Positions 21,200-31,945 of a stretch of DNA of 64,000 nucleotides are shown here, in pieces. Source of the DNA: Bacteroidales bacterium. GTDB lineage: Bacteria; Bacteroidota; Bacteroidia; Bacteroidales; ML635J-15. The position numbers and the translations under genes are program-made. The stretch spans positions 12,532 to 76,531 of the forward strand of contig JAFZLK010000022.1 of NCBI GenBank assembly GCA_017551515.1. Direction: 5' to 3'. The notes below the pieces were generated by a model. It was not told the origin of the DNA. It saw nothing but the letters and a program-made list of their open reading frames with translations, and made no database searches. Each line of letters begins with the position of its first letter. The first letter of the stretch is position 1.

Positions 21200-21835
21200 C
21201 TACTTTTCGGCCACTATTGCATAAAAATGAGTATTCGACCACCTGTTACATTCTGGCGGATAGATGTCAAATGTCTGTATATTCTTATAGCCAACAGATT
21301 TCAATATTTCAACCTCCTTGGGCAAATGACGGTAGCAACAAAAATAGTCTGTCTTTAATTCTTCAGAAAAACCAGAAACTATTACATCCTCTTCCACCCC
21401 AAACTGCGACTTAATGATTATTTTTCCATTTGGGCGCAAATAAGAATAATACTTCTTATATAGGCTTTTCACTTCTTCGTCATTGAAATAACATGTAATG
21501 CCAAACATATTCACCAAATCGAAATTCTTGTCAGATTCATAATCCTTGACATCACAATTGACAATAGAAATCTTATCGGTTTTTTCTATGAATTTCGTAA
21601 ACTCCTTATAAAGTTCAACTGCCTCAATATGCTTTACTTTCTGATAATACTTATTGATTGTCAAGCCTGTAGAGCTTGCCAAATCAAGAATTTCTGTATT
21701 TTCATTAGCATACTTCATTATAAAGTCGGCATCCATCTGCGTAAAATCGTTGCACGGATTAACTTTTGCTGTCAACTGAGTTGGATTATTTTGCGCTATT
21801 TTAGTCCAATAATTTAAAGAATCTTTGTTTTCCAT
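21200..21835 (-). CDS. Class I SAM-dependent methyltransferase
   Basis: ILDLASSTG motif I, FDLV, LRPNGKIII. Confidence 0.82.
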   Translation of the reverse strand: MENKDSLNYWTKIAQNNPTQLTAKVNPCNDFTQMDADFIMKYANENTEILDLASSTGLTINKYYQKVKHIEAVELYKEFTKFIEKTDKISIVNCDVKDYESDKNFDLVNMFGITCYFNDEEVKSLYKKYYSYLRPNGKIIIKSQFGVEEDVIVSGFSEELKTDYFCCYRHLPKEVEILKSVGYKNIQTFDIYPPECNRWSNTHFYAIVAEK

Positions 21836-21841
21836 ATCAAT

Positions 21842-22474
21842 CTACCATTCTTTTGTTATTTCCATTACCCTCTTATAATCCTCGTATGTATCAATATCGT
21901 AAGCTCTTACTTTTATTCCTTTCATTGGCAAATAAGGTTCAAGTTGATTGAATACATTGCCCGATGAATACTGAACCTTGCGTTTCATTATGCATGCAGG
22001 ACCAGTCCATTCGTAATCACCTGTCTCGCGCGAAAAAGCTAATACATTTCCTTTTTCATCAGTCTGAACGAAAACTGCCTCATCGGAACTCTTGTCGGCA
22101 TAGCAGATATATTCGCCATCAGTGGCAAGAATTTTCTTAACATCATCGGGATGCACAAGCAAATCACCATCCCATTCGAGCACATATTCATTAGCATCAA
22201 CCGCGCCAAGATAGAAACTCGCGCCAGTCTTTGTCTCAAAATAGCGGTGGTTGTAAACGAAAATCACATCTTTCCTGTATTTCAATACTTCCTCTACTAT
22301 GTCGTTTGCCTGATAGCCAATTACAATGCGTACATCCTCGACATCCTTAAACAATTCGAGTTGCCATGCTATCAGCGACTTGCCGTTTATCTTAATCAGA
22401 GCTTTGGTCTGACCAAGTCCTAAGCGAGAACCAATCCCCGCACAACTTATAACAACTGATTTAACTGACGACAT
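21842..22474 (-). CDS. Nucleotidyltransferase (LicC/NTP_transferase-like)
   Basis: ISCAGIGSRLG...K.LIKING, DGDL, DIDT.ED. Confidence 0.8.
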   Translation of the reverse strand: MSSVKSVVISCAGIGSRLGLGQTKALIKINGKSLIAWQLELFKDVEDVRIVIGYQANDIVEEVLKYRKDVIFVYNHRYFETKTGASFYLGAVDANEYVLEWDGDLLVHPDDVKKILATDGEYICYADKSSDEAVFVQTDEKGNVLAFSRETGDYEWTGPACIMKRKVQYSSGNVFNQLEPYLPMKGIKVRAYDIDTYEDYKRVMEITKEW

Positions 22475-23052
22475 AAGGCTTTTTCGTTAAAAATCAAATA
22501 ATTGGTGATAGGTAAAATACTTTTTGATGGAGAATGTGTCATTCCTGCTGCTATTGCGACATCGGCTACACGCATAGCTTCCATATCGTTGTTACCATCG
22601 CCAACATAAACCACTTTGTATCCTTCCTCCTGATACTTCTCCACCACAACTTCCTTGCGTAGAATTTTGGTCAGCTTTACGACCTTGTTATTCTCGACAA
22701 TAGCATCAGAACAATATGCCTCGCACCCGAGTCGCGCCAAAAGTTTTTCCGACCAGCACAGCAAATTTCCTGTTGCCACAACGCATTGTTCTTTGTGTGC
22801 ACGGATAAAATCAGCCAAATCTGGATACAATTTTACATTTTCTAGAAGTGATGCCACTTCATCGACCGGCAATTTGCCAAGTATAAACACACGACGGATA
22901 AAACTTTCCACAAATGGAATATCACCTTGGATTGTCTCACGGGTAAGTTGCTCAATCTCTTCCTGCACATTGAAATGCTTTGCCATAAGTGGCAAGGTTT
23001 CTTCGGAAGTAATAGTACCATCGAGGTCGAATATGAATTTTATTTTTGCCAT
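22447..23052 (-). CDS. HAD-IB family phosphatase (SerB/MtnX-like)
   Basis: FDLDGT motif I, ATG motif II, GDGNND motif IV. Confidence 0.85.
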   Translation of the reverse strand: MAKIKFIFDLDGTITSEETLPLMAKHFNVQEEIEQLTRETIQGDIPFVESFIRRVFILGKLPVDEVASLLENVKLYPDLADFIRAHKEQCVVATGNLLCWSEKLLARLGCEAYCSDAIVENNKVVKLTKILRKEVVVEKYQEEGYKVVYVGDGNNDMEAMRVADVAIAAGMTHSPSKSILPITNYLIFNEKALCRQLNQLL

Positions 23053-23142
23053 GTACCTTTTCGGTTTTCTAATGGAATTTGCAAAGATAATAAATATTTC
23101 ATCACAACTTTTAACCTTTGGATGTTTATTTTTCTTCTATCT

Positions 23143-23841
23143 TCAAACAAGTATCTCCATAATCCTCAAGTCTTTCTTATATGTAACCTTGATGTTGGAA
23201 TCGTCACCATCCACAATGAATATCTTTTCTTCGGGAAGATAACGGACAACAACTCCACAATCATCTGTTGCGACAAAATTGGAATCATCAAGAGCGAGAT
23301 TATATGCTTTTGCAATAGTTTCGTAACGGAATCCTTGCGGGGTCTGCTGGCAACGAAGCATCGAACGCTTGGGAATACAACCGATAAATTGTCCCGATTC
23401 GTCAACTACCACAATAGTGTCAGTTGACGGTACGGAAACCGCCACCGCATTATAAATTTTCAAAGCTTCGACCACATCGGCAATAATTCTCTGAGAAACC
23501 AACGGGCGAACCGCATCATGGAATATCAAGTTGCAATCCACTCCTTCGTATGCTTTTATTGCAGAAAGACTTGAATCGGAACGTTCTGCTCCTCCATCAA
23601 GGATTTTTTTCACCTTTGTCCACGAATTTCGTGCGACAATCTTGTTCATTTCAGCAACAAAATCCTTGTTCACGACAACTGAAATTTCATCAATGCCATC
23701 GCATTTTTCAAAAGCATCAATGGAATATTCGATTATCGCACGTCCATTCACCTCGATGAACTGTTTTGGCAAGTCGCCACCGATACGACGACCGCTACCT
23801 CCAGCCAATACAACAGCAATATTTTGTCTTTCTTTATCCAT
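23143..23841 (-). CDS. ispD: IspD/TarI family cytidylyltransferase
   Basis: LAGGSGRR...PKQF, GGAERSDS, HDAVRP, QTPQGF, TDD, NIKVT. IspD cannot be distinguished from TarI by eye. Confidence 0.8.
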   Translation of the reverse strand: MDKERQNIAVVLAGGSGRRIGGDLPKQFIEVNGRAIIEYSIDAFEKCDGIDEISVVVNKDFVAEMNKIVARNSWTKVKKILDGGAERSDSSLSAIKAYEGVDCNLIFHDAVRPLVSQRIIADVVEALKIYNAVAVSVPSTDTIVVVDESGQFIGCIPKRSMLRCQQTPQGFRYETIAKAYNLALDDSNFVATDDCGVVVRYLPEEKIFIVDGDDSNIKVTYKKDLRIMEILV

Positions 23842-23932
23842 TTTCTAACGCAAAAATAATATTTCTCAATCAAAAAAAATCGCGAGTTGCCAATAATTTT
23901 CATTAACTTTGCAGCATATAATTTGAAACAGC

Positions 23933-24439
23933 ATGAAAATTTCGATTTTTTACACATTGATAGCAGTCGTAATTGTTGTTATGCTTGGCGTTTGCATGTC
24001 ATTCTGCTGCAGTGGTGACGGACTAAAAGGCGAAGACCTTACATTTTATCAATACCATGTCGGGAACGGCTATTCTGGACAATCTACCGATTATAGCATC
24101 TACGAAAAGGACGGTGTTGTTACAGCAAGCATAAAAGAATGCAACTTCCTGATGATGAGAGAAGATGATTCAATTCCATGTAATGAATATGCCATAAGCG
24201 ATGTGCCACGTGAAAAACTTATAGAGATAGGCAAATTGCTCGTTGATGCCAAAATACAAAAATGGGAACGCGATTACTATGCCACCGATGTCTTCGATGG
24301 TGACAACTGGTCGGTATCGGTTAGGTTCGGCGACAAAAGTTTCGATTCCCACGGCTACATGAAATGGCCAAAGGATGCCCCATTTCATGAGATAAACAGA
24401 ATTATCGGCGAACTTTGCATGCCCAAGGAGGAAAGATGA
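23933..24439 (+). CDS. Hypothetical exported protein
   Basis: Hydrophobic N-terminus; TAACTTTG box upstream; DG..W.V.V...S.GY..WP motif. Confidence 0.65.
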   Translation: MKISIFYTLIAVVIVVMLGVCMSFCCSGDGLKGEDLTFYQYHVGNGYSGQSTDYSIYEKDGVVTASIKECNFLMMREDDSIPCNEYAISDVPREKLIEIGKLLVDAKIQKWERDYYATDVFDGDNWSVSVRFGDKSFDSHGYMKWPKDAPFHEINRIIGELCMPKEER

Positions 24440-25023
24440 AAAAGTTGGTGCTTATTTTTATAACTACTATCGCTTTTGCTTCAATAAAGGCACAAAGCTC
24501 ACACAATGCCGATGAACAGTTCTACTCCCAGCACTATGACGAGATTTTGAATCTTTTCAACGAAGAATGTCCCGTGCTTGAATATAGCGACGACAAAAAT
24601 ATGACATTCGAATACGGACTTATCGACCTCGATGGTGATGGCATAAATGAACTATGGGTAAGAGAAACCACCGGTGAAAACGAAGCATTCTTCTGCCGAG
24701 GCAACGGCAAACTCGAAATAATTGCCACCACATGGTTCAAGTCGTTTGCATCGGTAAGCGGGAATGTGCTGTGCGCTGAGGGACCAGCGGGAACTGGCGC
24801 ATTCTTCTCGACATATTATGTCATAGAAAACAGCACGATAGCGCATCATGCTTCCGACTTGCAACAGTGCAACTTGAATTCCAAAATAAGCCATGAATGT
24901 GAATACGACGGCAACGAAGTATCGTGGAAATGGTTCAAGAAATTCAAGGCTACGTTTGCCCAAAAATTTGTTGCACCCGAGAACAACGACTGGCAACCGT
25001 TGGACAAGCTTAGGAATAATTAA
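24436..25023 (+). CDS. Hypothetical secreted protein with a DxDxDG motif
   Basis: ATGA overlap with the upstream gene; signal peptide MKKLVLIF; DLDGDGINEL. Confidence 0.7.
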   Translation: MKKLVLIFITTIAFASIKAQSSHNADEQFYSQHYDEILNLFNEECPVLEYSDDKNMTFEYGLIDLDGDGINELWVRETTGENEAFFCRGNGKLEIIATTWFKSFASVSGNVLCAEGPAGTGAFFSTYYVIENSTIAHHASDLQQCNLNSKISHECEYDGNEVSWKWFKKFKATFAQKFVAPENNDWQPLDKLRNN

Positions 25024-25077
25024 ATCAGCGTGCGACTTGCAAACTGACAAGCATTTTCCCTTGATAACAAGATTGCT

Positions 25078-27033
25078 CTATTCTACACTTACAACCTTAA
25101 ATTCTGTACGACGGTTCTGCGCACGGCCTTCCTCGGTATCGTTGGTGGCAACTGGAACCGAAAAATCATATCCACTGTACGACAGGCGTTCCTTTGCAAT
25201 GCCCTGCGAAACAAGGTAGTTGTAAACCGACTTAGCACGATTTTCTGAAAGTGTCTTGTTGTATGCCTTTGTGCCTACATTGTCGGTGTGACCGCCGATT
25301 TCTATCTTCATCTTCGGGTTTGCGTTCATGTATTCCACAACCTTGCCAAGTTCGGTGTACGAATCGGGTAGCAAGTCGTAGCTGTCGGTCTTGAAGAAAA
25401 TGTTTTTCAAAACTACCGTCACGCCCTTTTCTATCGGTTGTAGCGGAATGTTCATGATGTACGGTTCCTCTGGATGTTCAAGGTTGGTGAGCGAAAAGTT
25501 TTCGGAGTAGAAAAGGTATCCCTCGCGCGATACATTAAAGGCGTAGTCCTTGTCGATTGGCAGACAAACCATATACTCGCCAGTGTTTTCCTGAGAATAC
25601 ATATCAACCATCTTTTCTCCGCTCTCGATGTCAAGCATTTCGCATTTTGCCTTTAGCCTTTCGTTGGTCTTCGAATCGTAAATGTAACCTTTTACGTATG
25701 TGACAGTCACTGGTTTAACCTCTGGCGGAAGTTCAAATCCATAAATATCCAAGTCGCGCTTTGTGCCCGATGACGAAAACATGGCAAGGTCGCCTTTTGC
25801 GTTAACAATAAGGCTCCTTTCTTCGCCAAGTGTATTTATCGGATATCCAAGATTTTTCGGTTTTGACCAAGTTTTGCCTTCGTCCTCTGTTTTTGATACG
25901 AACAAGTCGTAGCTACCAAGTCCGGGATGTCCCTTTGAGGCAAAATACAAGGTCTTACAGTCTGGATGTATGAACGGGGAAATATCCTCGTAAGGTGTAT
26001 TCACTTTTCCGCCAAGGTTTTCTGCAGGCTTCAATGCATTGCCCTTGCTGTCTATTTGTACGCGCCAGATGTCAGTCTTGCCGAATCCGCCCGAGCGAGA
26101 CGATGAGAAATACAAATATTTTCCATCGGATGACAGCGATGGGTTACTCTCCCAGAATTCAGTATTCACCGAACGCATATTCTGCGGTTGCGACCATTGC
26201 TTGCCTTCCCAGAACATTATGTACAAGTCACAGCTTCCTTTGCCATCGGGACGGTTGCAAGCCGTTATTACACAAGTTTTTCCATCAGCTGAAATACATT
26301 GTGCGCCTTCGTTGAGTTCGGTATTGATTCTTCCGGGAAGCGGTGCGCCCGAATCGTATTTGCCAGTCTGCGGATTGCGATAGGCGTAGAATAAATCCTC
26401 GTTCATATTTGACTGGTTTCTCGATGGATTGTTCTTATTCAAAGGGATTTGTCTTGTGAACACAAGTATTTCTTCGTCTGCCGAAAGTGATGGCCAGTAT
26501 TCATCCCATTCCGTATTTATTCTGCCAACGCTATGTGGTTTGAAATTCACAGGATTACGCACTGCACTATCCGAAAAAGTTATGAATTCGCGCAGACGGT
26601 CGGTGTCATATTTCTTGTAAACTTTCAAATCGGCATTTTCATAAAAGAAGTCGATGTACTTTTTGGCGGAAGCATATTCGCCGATGCCGTAGTTGTGCAT
26701 TGCAAGCTTGAGCGTTATGCCGTAGTCGAAATGCGGGTCAAGGTCAACAACCTTCTCATAGAACTTTATGGAAGTTTTGATGTCGCCAAGAAAATCATAG
26801 ATTTCAGCCTTAAGCATATAAGGTTCAATGAACATTGAATCCTTGGCGATGGCGTTGTCGGCTTCCTGCAAGGCGAATTTTATAGTCTGGTCGGTTTTGC
26901 CATTCTGGTAATATGATACAGCTTTTTCAAAACACTTTATAGCCGCTTTCGACTTCGTGTGGTATTCCTCGTTCTGCGAAAATGCAAGTCCGCACAAGAC
27001 CGAAAATGCCAATATGAACAATATTTTTTTCAT
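25078..27033 (-). CDS. TPR + PD40 + carboxypeptidase-regulatory-like + OmpA protein (PorE-like)
   Basis: Signal peptide, TPRs, PD40 repeats (PSLS.DG, LYFAS.GHPGLG.YD), OmpA GHTD...LSENRA...NRR. Confidence 0.9.
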   Translation of the reverse strand: MKKILFILAFSVLCGLAFSQNEEYHTKSKAAIKCFEKAVSYYQNGKTDQTIKFALQEADNAIAKDSMFIEPYMLKAEIYDFLGDIKTSIKFYEKVVDLDPHFDYGITLKLAMHNYGIGEYASAKKYIDFFYENADLKVYKKYDTDRLREFITFSDSAVRNPVNFKPHSVGRINTEWDEYWPSLSADEEILVFTRQIPLNKNNPSRNQSNMNEDLFYAYRNPQTGKYDSGAPLPGRINTELNEGAQCISADGKTCVITACNRPDGKGSCDLYIMFWEGKQWSQPQNMRSVNTEFWESNPSLSSDGKYLYFSSSRSGGFGKTDIWRVQIDSKGNALKPAENLGGKVNTPYEDISPFIHPDCKTLYFASKGHPGLGSYDLFVSKTEDEGKTWSKPKNLGYPINTLGEERSLIVNAKGDLAMFSSSGTKRDLDIYGFELPPEVKPVTVTYVKGYIYDSKTNERLKAKCEMLDIESGEKMVDMYSQENTGEYMVCLPIDKDYAFNVSREGYLFYSENFSLTNLEHPEEPYIMNIPLQPIEKGVTVVLKNIFFKTDSYDLLPDSYTELGKVVEYMNANPKMKIEIGGHTDNVGTKAYNKTLSENRAKSVYNYLVSQGIAKERLSYSGYDFSVPVATNDTEEGRAQNRRTEFKVVSVE

Positions 27034-27103
27034 ACTAATACAATAACAAAAAACAAGCCGAGAAAATCCCGACTTGCAAATATAATAACTTTTATGGAAC
27101 TAA

Positions 27104-29017
27104 TTACAAACCTTTGTCCATCGTCAAGAGGAACTCTTCGTTGCTTGCAACCTGTGGCAGACGGGTACGGATGAATTCCATTGCTTCTACCGAATTCATG
27201 TCGGCAAGGAACTCGCGCATTACCCACAGACGGTTTACAAGGTCCGGATTTACAAGCAAATCCTCGCGACGAGTACTCGATGCGGTAACATCGACAGCAG
27301 GGTAAATTCTGCGGTTCGACAACTTGCGGTCGAGCTGAAGCTCCATGTTGCCCGTACCCTTGAATTCCTCGAAAATCACATCGTCCATCTTTGAACCGGT
27401 TTCGGTAAGTGCTGTAGCAAGGATAGTGAGCGAACCGCCATTTTCGATGTTACGGGCAGCACCGAAGAAGCGTTTTGGCTTGTGCAATGCGTTGGAATCA
27501 ACACCACCCGACAAAACTCTACCCGATGCAGGTGCAACTGTGTTATATGCACGAGCAAGACGGGTTATGGAGTCGAGAAGAATCACAACATCGTGACCGC
27601 ATTCTACCATACGCTTTGCCTTTTCAAGCACAATGCTTGCAACCTTTACATGGTGGTCTGCTGGCTCGTCGAAAGTTGATGCAATGACCTCGGCACGAAC
27701 ATCACGAGCCATGTCGGTAACTTCCTCCGGACGCTCATCGATAAGCAATATTATAAGGTAAACCTCTGGATGATTGTCGGCTATTGCGTTTGCTATTTCC
27801 TTAAGCAACACTGTCTTACCAGTCTTTGGCTGAGCGACTATCAAACCACGCTGACCTTTTCCGATTGGCGTGAACAAATCTACAACTCGGGTCGAAAGGT
27901 TTGCATGTCCCTTGCCTGTGATGTTGAACTTTTCGGTTGGGAACAATGGCGTCAGATGGTCGAAAGGAATCCTGTCGCGGACAAGCATCGGGTCAAGTCC
28001 GTTAATCTTTATGACCTTTGTCAACGGGAAATACTTTTCGCCTTCCTTTGGAGGCCTTACCGTTCCTTCGATAGTATCACCGGTCTTTAGTCCGAACAAT
28101 TTTATCTGCGACTGCGAAACATAAACATCATCGGGAGAATTCAAGTAATAATAATCCGATGAGCGCAGGAATCCGTAATTTTCGGGCATAATTTCAAGTA
28201 CGCCGGTAACGGTAACTATTCCTGAGAAATCGTAGTTTGGCTTTTGCTCTTCAACATTATGATTCTGCTGGGCATTTTGTTGCTGGCGGTCCATGTCAAA
28301 CGACAATTGTTGAGCTTTTTGCTGCTGGTCGTTTCTGCCGTTGTCGTTGCGCGGAGCACCATTATTGTTGCGTTGCTGGTCGTTGCGCTGCTGATATTGC
28401 TTCCTGAAATCTTGGCGTGGTTGCTGATTCCTGTCGTTTTCGTTGCGATTGTCGTTTTGCTGTTGTGGCGTAAATGTTTCTACTCTTGGAGTAGCAGGCT
28501 CATTTTCTGAAAATCTTGCAACAGGTTCTGCAGCTATTTGAGTTTTCTGATTTTCCTGATTGTTGAATACTAATTTTGCAGCAGAACCATTCTCATCCAG
28601 ATGCGTAGTCATAATCGGTGACTGGATCCTTGCTCTGCGCTGACGCCTTCTTGGTTCAGATGAATATTCGTCAGTTGCAATAGGTTCTTCCTGACTTTCT
28701 GCAAGAAATTCGCTTGCACTCTCTACTGCGCTCGAAATCCGTGGCGGACGACCGCGTCTCGGTCTTTGTTCATTATTTTCTATACTATGATTATGCTTGA
28801 TATTGACATCTTTCAGCGGAGCCATAATATCGGTAACGCCAACCAACGAATCGTCATCATCATCGTCATCTTCACCGAAATCCGGGTCTTCCGTATCCTG
28901 TATCCTTCTAATCAAATCTTGTTTTCTAAACGCTTCCACTCTCTTGATACCCAAACCTTTGGCATATTCTCTCAATTCGGGTAGCAACATATCGTTCAAC
29001 TCTGAATAACTTTTCAT
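27104..29017 (-). CDS. rho: Transcription termination factor Rho with a long N-terminal disordered insertion
   Basis: GFLRS..Y....[65 protein letters not shown]. Confidence 0.98.
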   Translation of the reverse strand: MKSYSELNDMLLPELREYAKGLGIKRVEAFRKQDLIRRIQDTEDPDFGEDDDDDDDSLVGVTDIMAPLKDVNIKHNHSIENNEQRPRRGRPPRISSAVESASEFLAESQEEPIATDEYSSEPRRRQRRARIQSPIMTTHLDENGSAAKLVFNNQENQKTQIAAEPVARFSENEPATPRVETFTPQQQNDNRNENDRNQQPRQDFRKQYQQRNDQQRNNNGAPRNDNGRNDQQQKAQQLSFDMDRQQQNAQQNHNVEEQKPNYDFSGIVTVTGVLEIMPENYGFLRSSDYYYLNSPDDVYVSQSQIKLFGLKTGDTIEGTVRPPKEGEKYFPLTKVIKINGLDPMLVRDRIPFDHLTPLFPTEKFNITGKGHANLSTRVVDLFTPIGKGQRGLIVAQPKTGKTVLLKEIANAIADNHPEVYLIILLIDERPEEVTDMARDVRAEVIASTFDEPADHHVKVASIVLEKAKRMVECGHDVVILLDSITRLARAYNTVAPASGRVLSGGVDSNALHKPKRFFGAARNIENGGSLTILATALTETGSKMDDVIFEEFKGTGNMELQLDRKLSNRRIYPAVDVTASSTRREDLLVNPDLVNRLWVMREFLADMNSVEAMEFIRTRLPQVASNEEFLLTMDKGL

Positions 29018-29386
29018 TTTAAAGTTAGTTACAAAATATTTTAATTAAAATTTGTGAAATCAAATAATATCATTTATCAAAGCTACCAATTCCAACACCT
29101 TACAAGCGGTCAAACAGATATTTCTTTTGTGATTTTTAATCTTCAGAAATGAATTGATACCTTATCAAATCAATTGCAGTGCAAAGATATATCTTTTTGC
29201 GTAGATACAAGCAATTCGGATAGATTTTTTTCCACAGGAACAATTTGCGTTAAAACACTATGGCGCAAAGTCTTATCCTTTTTATCAACATGGCAATTCC
29301 TACAATGAAAAACTTTGCAGGTCGCGTCGCCTCTGAGTTTTACGGCAAAATTCAAGCTATAGCGCCTGAATTTGCCACTTGCTTTA

Positions 29387-31819
29387 CTATCTTACCTTTG
29401 CACCAAGTTCCTTCTCGTAGAACATTATCAGCTTCTGCATTATCTTGTCGATCTGCTTGTCGGTCATTGTCTTTTCAGTATCCTCAAGCTCGAAGCTCAA
29501 AGCGTAGGAAATCTTGCCTGGCTCAAGGTTCTTGCCTTCGTAAACATCGAACAGTCCGACTTCAACAATGTGCTTAGGTTCGGTGCGTCTTGCGACTTCC
29601 TCGAGTTGTGCATAGGTCACCGATTTGTCAATAAGCAATGCAAGGTCGCGGCGAACGCGCGGGAACTTCGATATTGGCTGATACTCAATCTTGTGTGTCT
29701 TGGCGAACTTCAAAAGCACATCCCAGTTGATTTCTGCATAGAAAACATCCTGGTCTATGTCCATTTTCTTCAGCAAGTTCTTCGATACAACTGCAATGCG
29801 AGCAACTTCCTTGTCCTTCAGCTTGAACGACTGGAAAGTGCTGAACTTTTCGTCTGATGAAACCTCGAACTTCAAAGCCGACATGTCAATGCCGATTTTC
29901 TTCAGCACTGCAGCCACGCCTGACTTCAGCATGAAGTAGTCGGTTGGATTGTCCTTAAGGTTCCAGCTCAGCGGATTGCGCTTTCCTGTAATCCACATTC
30001 CGAGATACTGAGTTTCGCTGTATGCGGTAATGTCCGAAACCTGCTTTTCTGCATTATAATAATAGGTGCGACCAAACTCGAAGAACTTCAAGTCGCCATT
30101 GCGATAGTTGAGATTTGCCTTGATGCTGTTCAATCCACCATAAAGCAACGATGGACGCATAACATTCAAATCACGGCTCAACGGATTGTAAATCTTTACT
30201 ATGCGGTTTGCGTATTCGCTGTTTTCAGCAATGTCGTCAGCAGAAATCATCGAAAGACACATAATTTCGGTGTAGCCAATACCTGTGAGCACATCTGAAA
30301 CAAGATTCATCATCTTCTGCGGTTCCGGCTTTTCAGGATAGTTGATGCTGAACGAAATATGATTCGGAACCTCTATGTTGTTGTATCCGTAAATTCTCAT
30401 AATATCCTCAACCACATCAGCTTCGCCTGTGACATCCACCCTGTAGGTTGGGATTTCAAGTTTCAAATCACGACCTTTGTCCTCCAAAATCTTCATATCG
30501 AGCAAGCCGATGATTTCGCGAACGCGGTCTTCGGGGATTTCCTTGCCGATAAGTGCGTTGCCACGGTCAATGTTGTAATCAACGATTGCCGGTTCTATTG
30601 GATTTGGATAAACATCAACAATTTCCGATGCGATACGACCGCAGCCCATTTCAACAATCAGGCTTGCAGCACGGCGCAAAGCGTAAGGCACCATGTTGAT
30701 GTCAACTCCGCGCTCGAAATGGAACGAAGCATCGGTCTTAAGTCCGTGAAACTTCGATGTCTTGCGGATTGAAACCGGGCTGAAATATGCAGCCTCGATG
30801 AAAACATTCTTTGTTTCGTTTGAGATTCCCGACTTTTCGCCACCGAACACGCCACCTATGCACATCGGCTCTTCGGCGTTGCAAATCATAAGGTCGTTTG
30901 CAGACAACTTGCGCTCAACGCCATCGAGAGTAACGAAAGGTGTTCCTTCTGCAACATTCTTCACGATAATCTGCTTGCCAGTAATCTTGTCGGCATCAAA
31001 TGTATGAAGCGGATTTCCAGTTTCGTATAACACGAAATTGCTGACATCCACGATGTTGTTTATTGGATTCAAGCCGACCGATTTAAGACGGTTTTTCAGC
31101 CATTCTGGCGATTCCTGCACCTTCACATCGGTAAGGCAGATGCCCATATAACGGCGACAAGCATCGGTATTTTCGATTTTTACATCGATTTTTATCTCAT
31201 TTTTCGAATTTTCGGTGATTTCAGCCTTTGGAATGTTGTATTTTATTCCCTTCACGGCTGCCACATCGCGGGCTGCGCCAATGTGCGAAGCACCATCTAT
31301 GCGGTTTGGTGTGATGTCGATTTCGATAGCGGTATCGTTTTCAACATTGAAATATTCTGCTGCAGGCGTACCCACCTTTGCATCTGCTGGCAGAACCATT
31401 ATTCCGTCGTGCGAAGTGCCGATATTCATTTCGTCCTCTGCGCAAATCATACCTTCCGATGGTTCACCGCGAAGTTTCGACTTCTTGATTTCGAACACGC
31501 CGTCCTTTGAGTAAATCTTGGTGCCGATAGTAGCGACAACAACTTTTTGTCCCGCTGCCACATTTGGCGCACCGCACACGATATGCAAAGGTTCGTCACC
31601 GCCGACATTTACTGTAGTAACATGCAGATGGTCAGAATTTGGATGAGCCTCGCAGGTGAGTACTTCACCGATTACGAAACCTTTCAGTCCGCCAATTACA
31701 GACGAAACTTCTTCAGTTCCATCAACTTCGAGGCCAACGCTTGTTAGTATTGCTGCCAGTTCTTCCGGCGATTCGTCAAACGACACATAGTTCTTAAGCC
31801 AATTGTATGAAATCTTCAT
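29387..31819 (-). CDS. pheT: Phenylalanyl-tRNA synthetase beta subunit
   Basis: MKISYNWLK, IVCGAPNV, ITPNR.D, FERGVD, SKFP.VRRDLAL. Confidence 0.98.
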   Translation of the reverse strand: MKISYNWLKNYVSFDESPEELAAILTSVGLEVDGTEEVSSVIGGLKGFVIGEVLTCEAHPNSDHLHVTTVNVGGDEPLHIVCGAPNVAAGQKVVVATIGTKIYSKDGVFEIKKSKLRGEPSEGMICAEDEMNIGTSHDGIMVLPADAKVGTPAAEYFNVENDTAIEIDITPNRIDGASHIGAARDVAAVKGIKYNIPKAEITENSKNEIKIDVKIENTDACRRYMGICLTDVKVQESPEWLKNRLKSVGLNPINNIVDVSNFVLYETGNPLHTFDADKITGKQIIVKNVAEGTPFVTLDGVERKLSANDLMICNAEEPMCIGGVFGGEKSGISNETKNVFIEAAYFSPVSIRKTSKFHGLKTDASFHFERGVDINMVPYALRRAASLIVEMGCGRIASEIVDVYPNPIEPAIVDYNIDRGNALIGKEIPEDRVREIIGLLDMKILEDKGRDLKLEIPTYRVDVTGEADVVEDIMRIYGYNNIEVPNHISFSINYPEKPEPQKMMNLVSDVLTGIGYTEIMCLSMISADDIAENSEYANRIVKIYNPLSRDLNVMRPSLLYGGLNSIKANLNYRNGDLKFFEFGRTYYYNAEKQVSDITAYSETQYLGMWITGKRNPLSWNLKDNPTDYFMLKSGVAAVLKKIGIDMSALKFEVSSDEKFSTFQSFKLKDKEVARIAVVSKNLLKKMDIDQDVFYAEINWDVLLKFAKTHKIEYQPISKFPRVRRDLALLIDKSVTYAQLEEVARRTEPKHIVEVGLFDVYEGKNLEPGKISYALSFELEDTEKTMTDKQIDKIMQKLIMFYEKELGAKVR

Positions 31820-31945
31820 CGTAAATCAATTTTGGGTTGCAAAGATACAATATTATTTACGATTTTGGATTTACGATTTTGGATTTTTTAATAGAGAGGT
31901 TAGTGACGAACTAGAAAGAATTTCTTTCGAGTTGCCTCTGCATTG

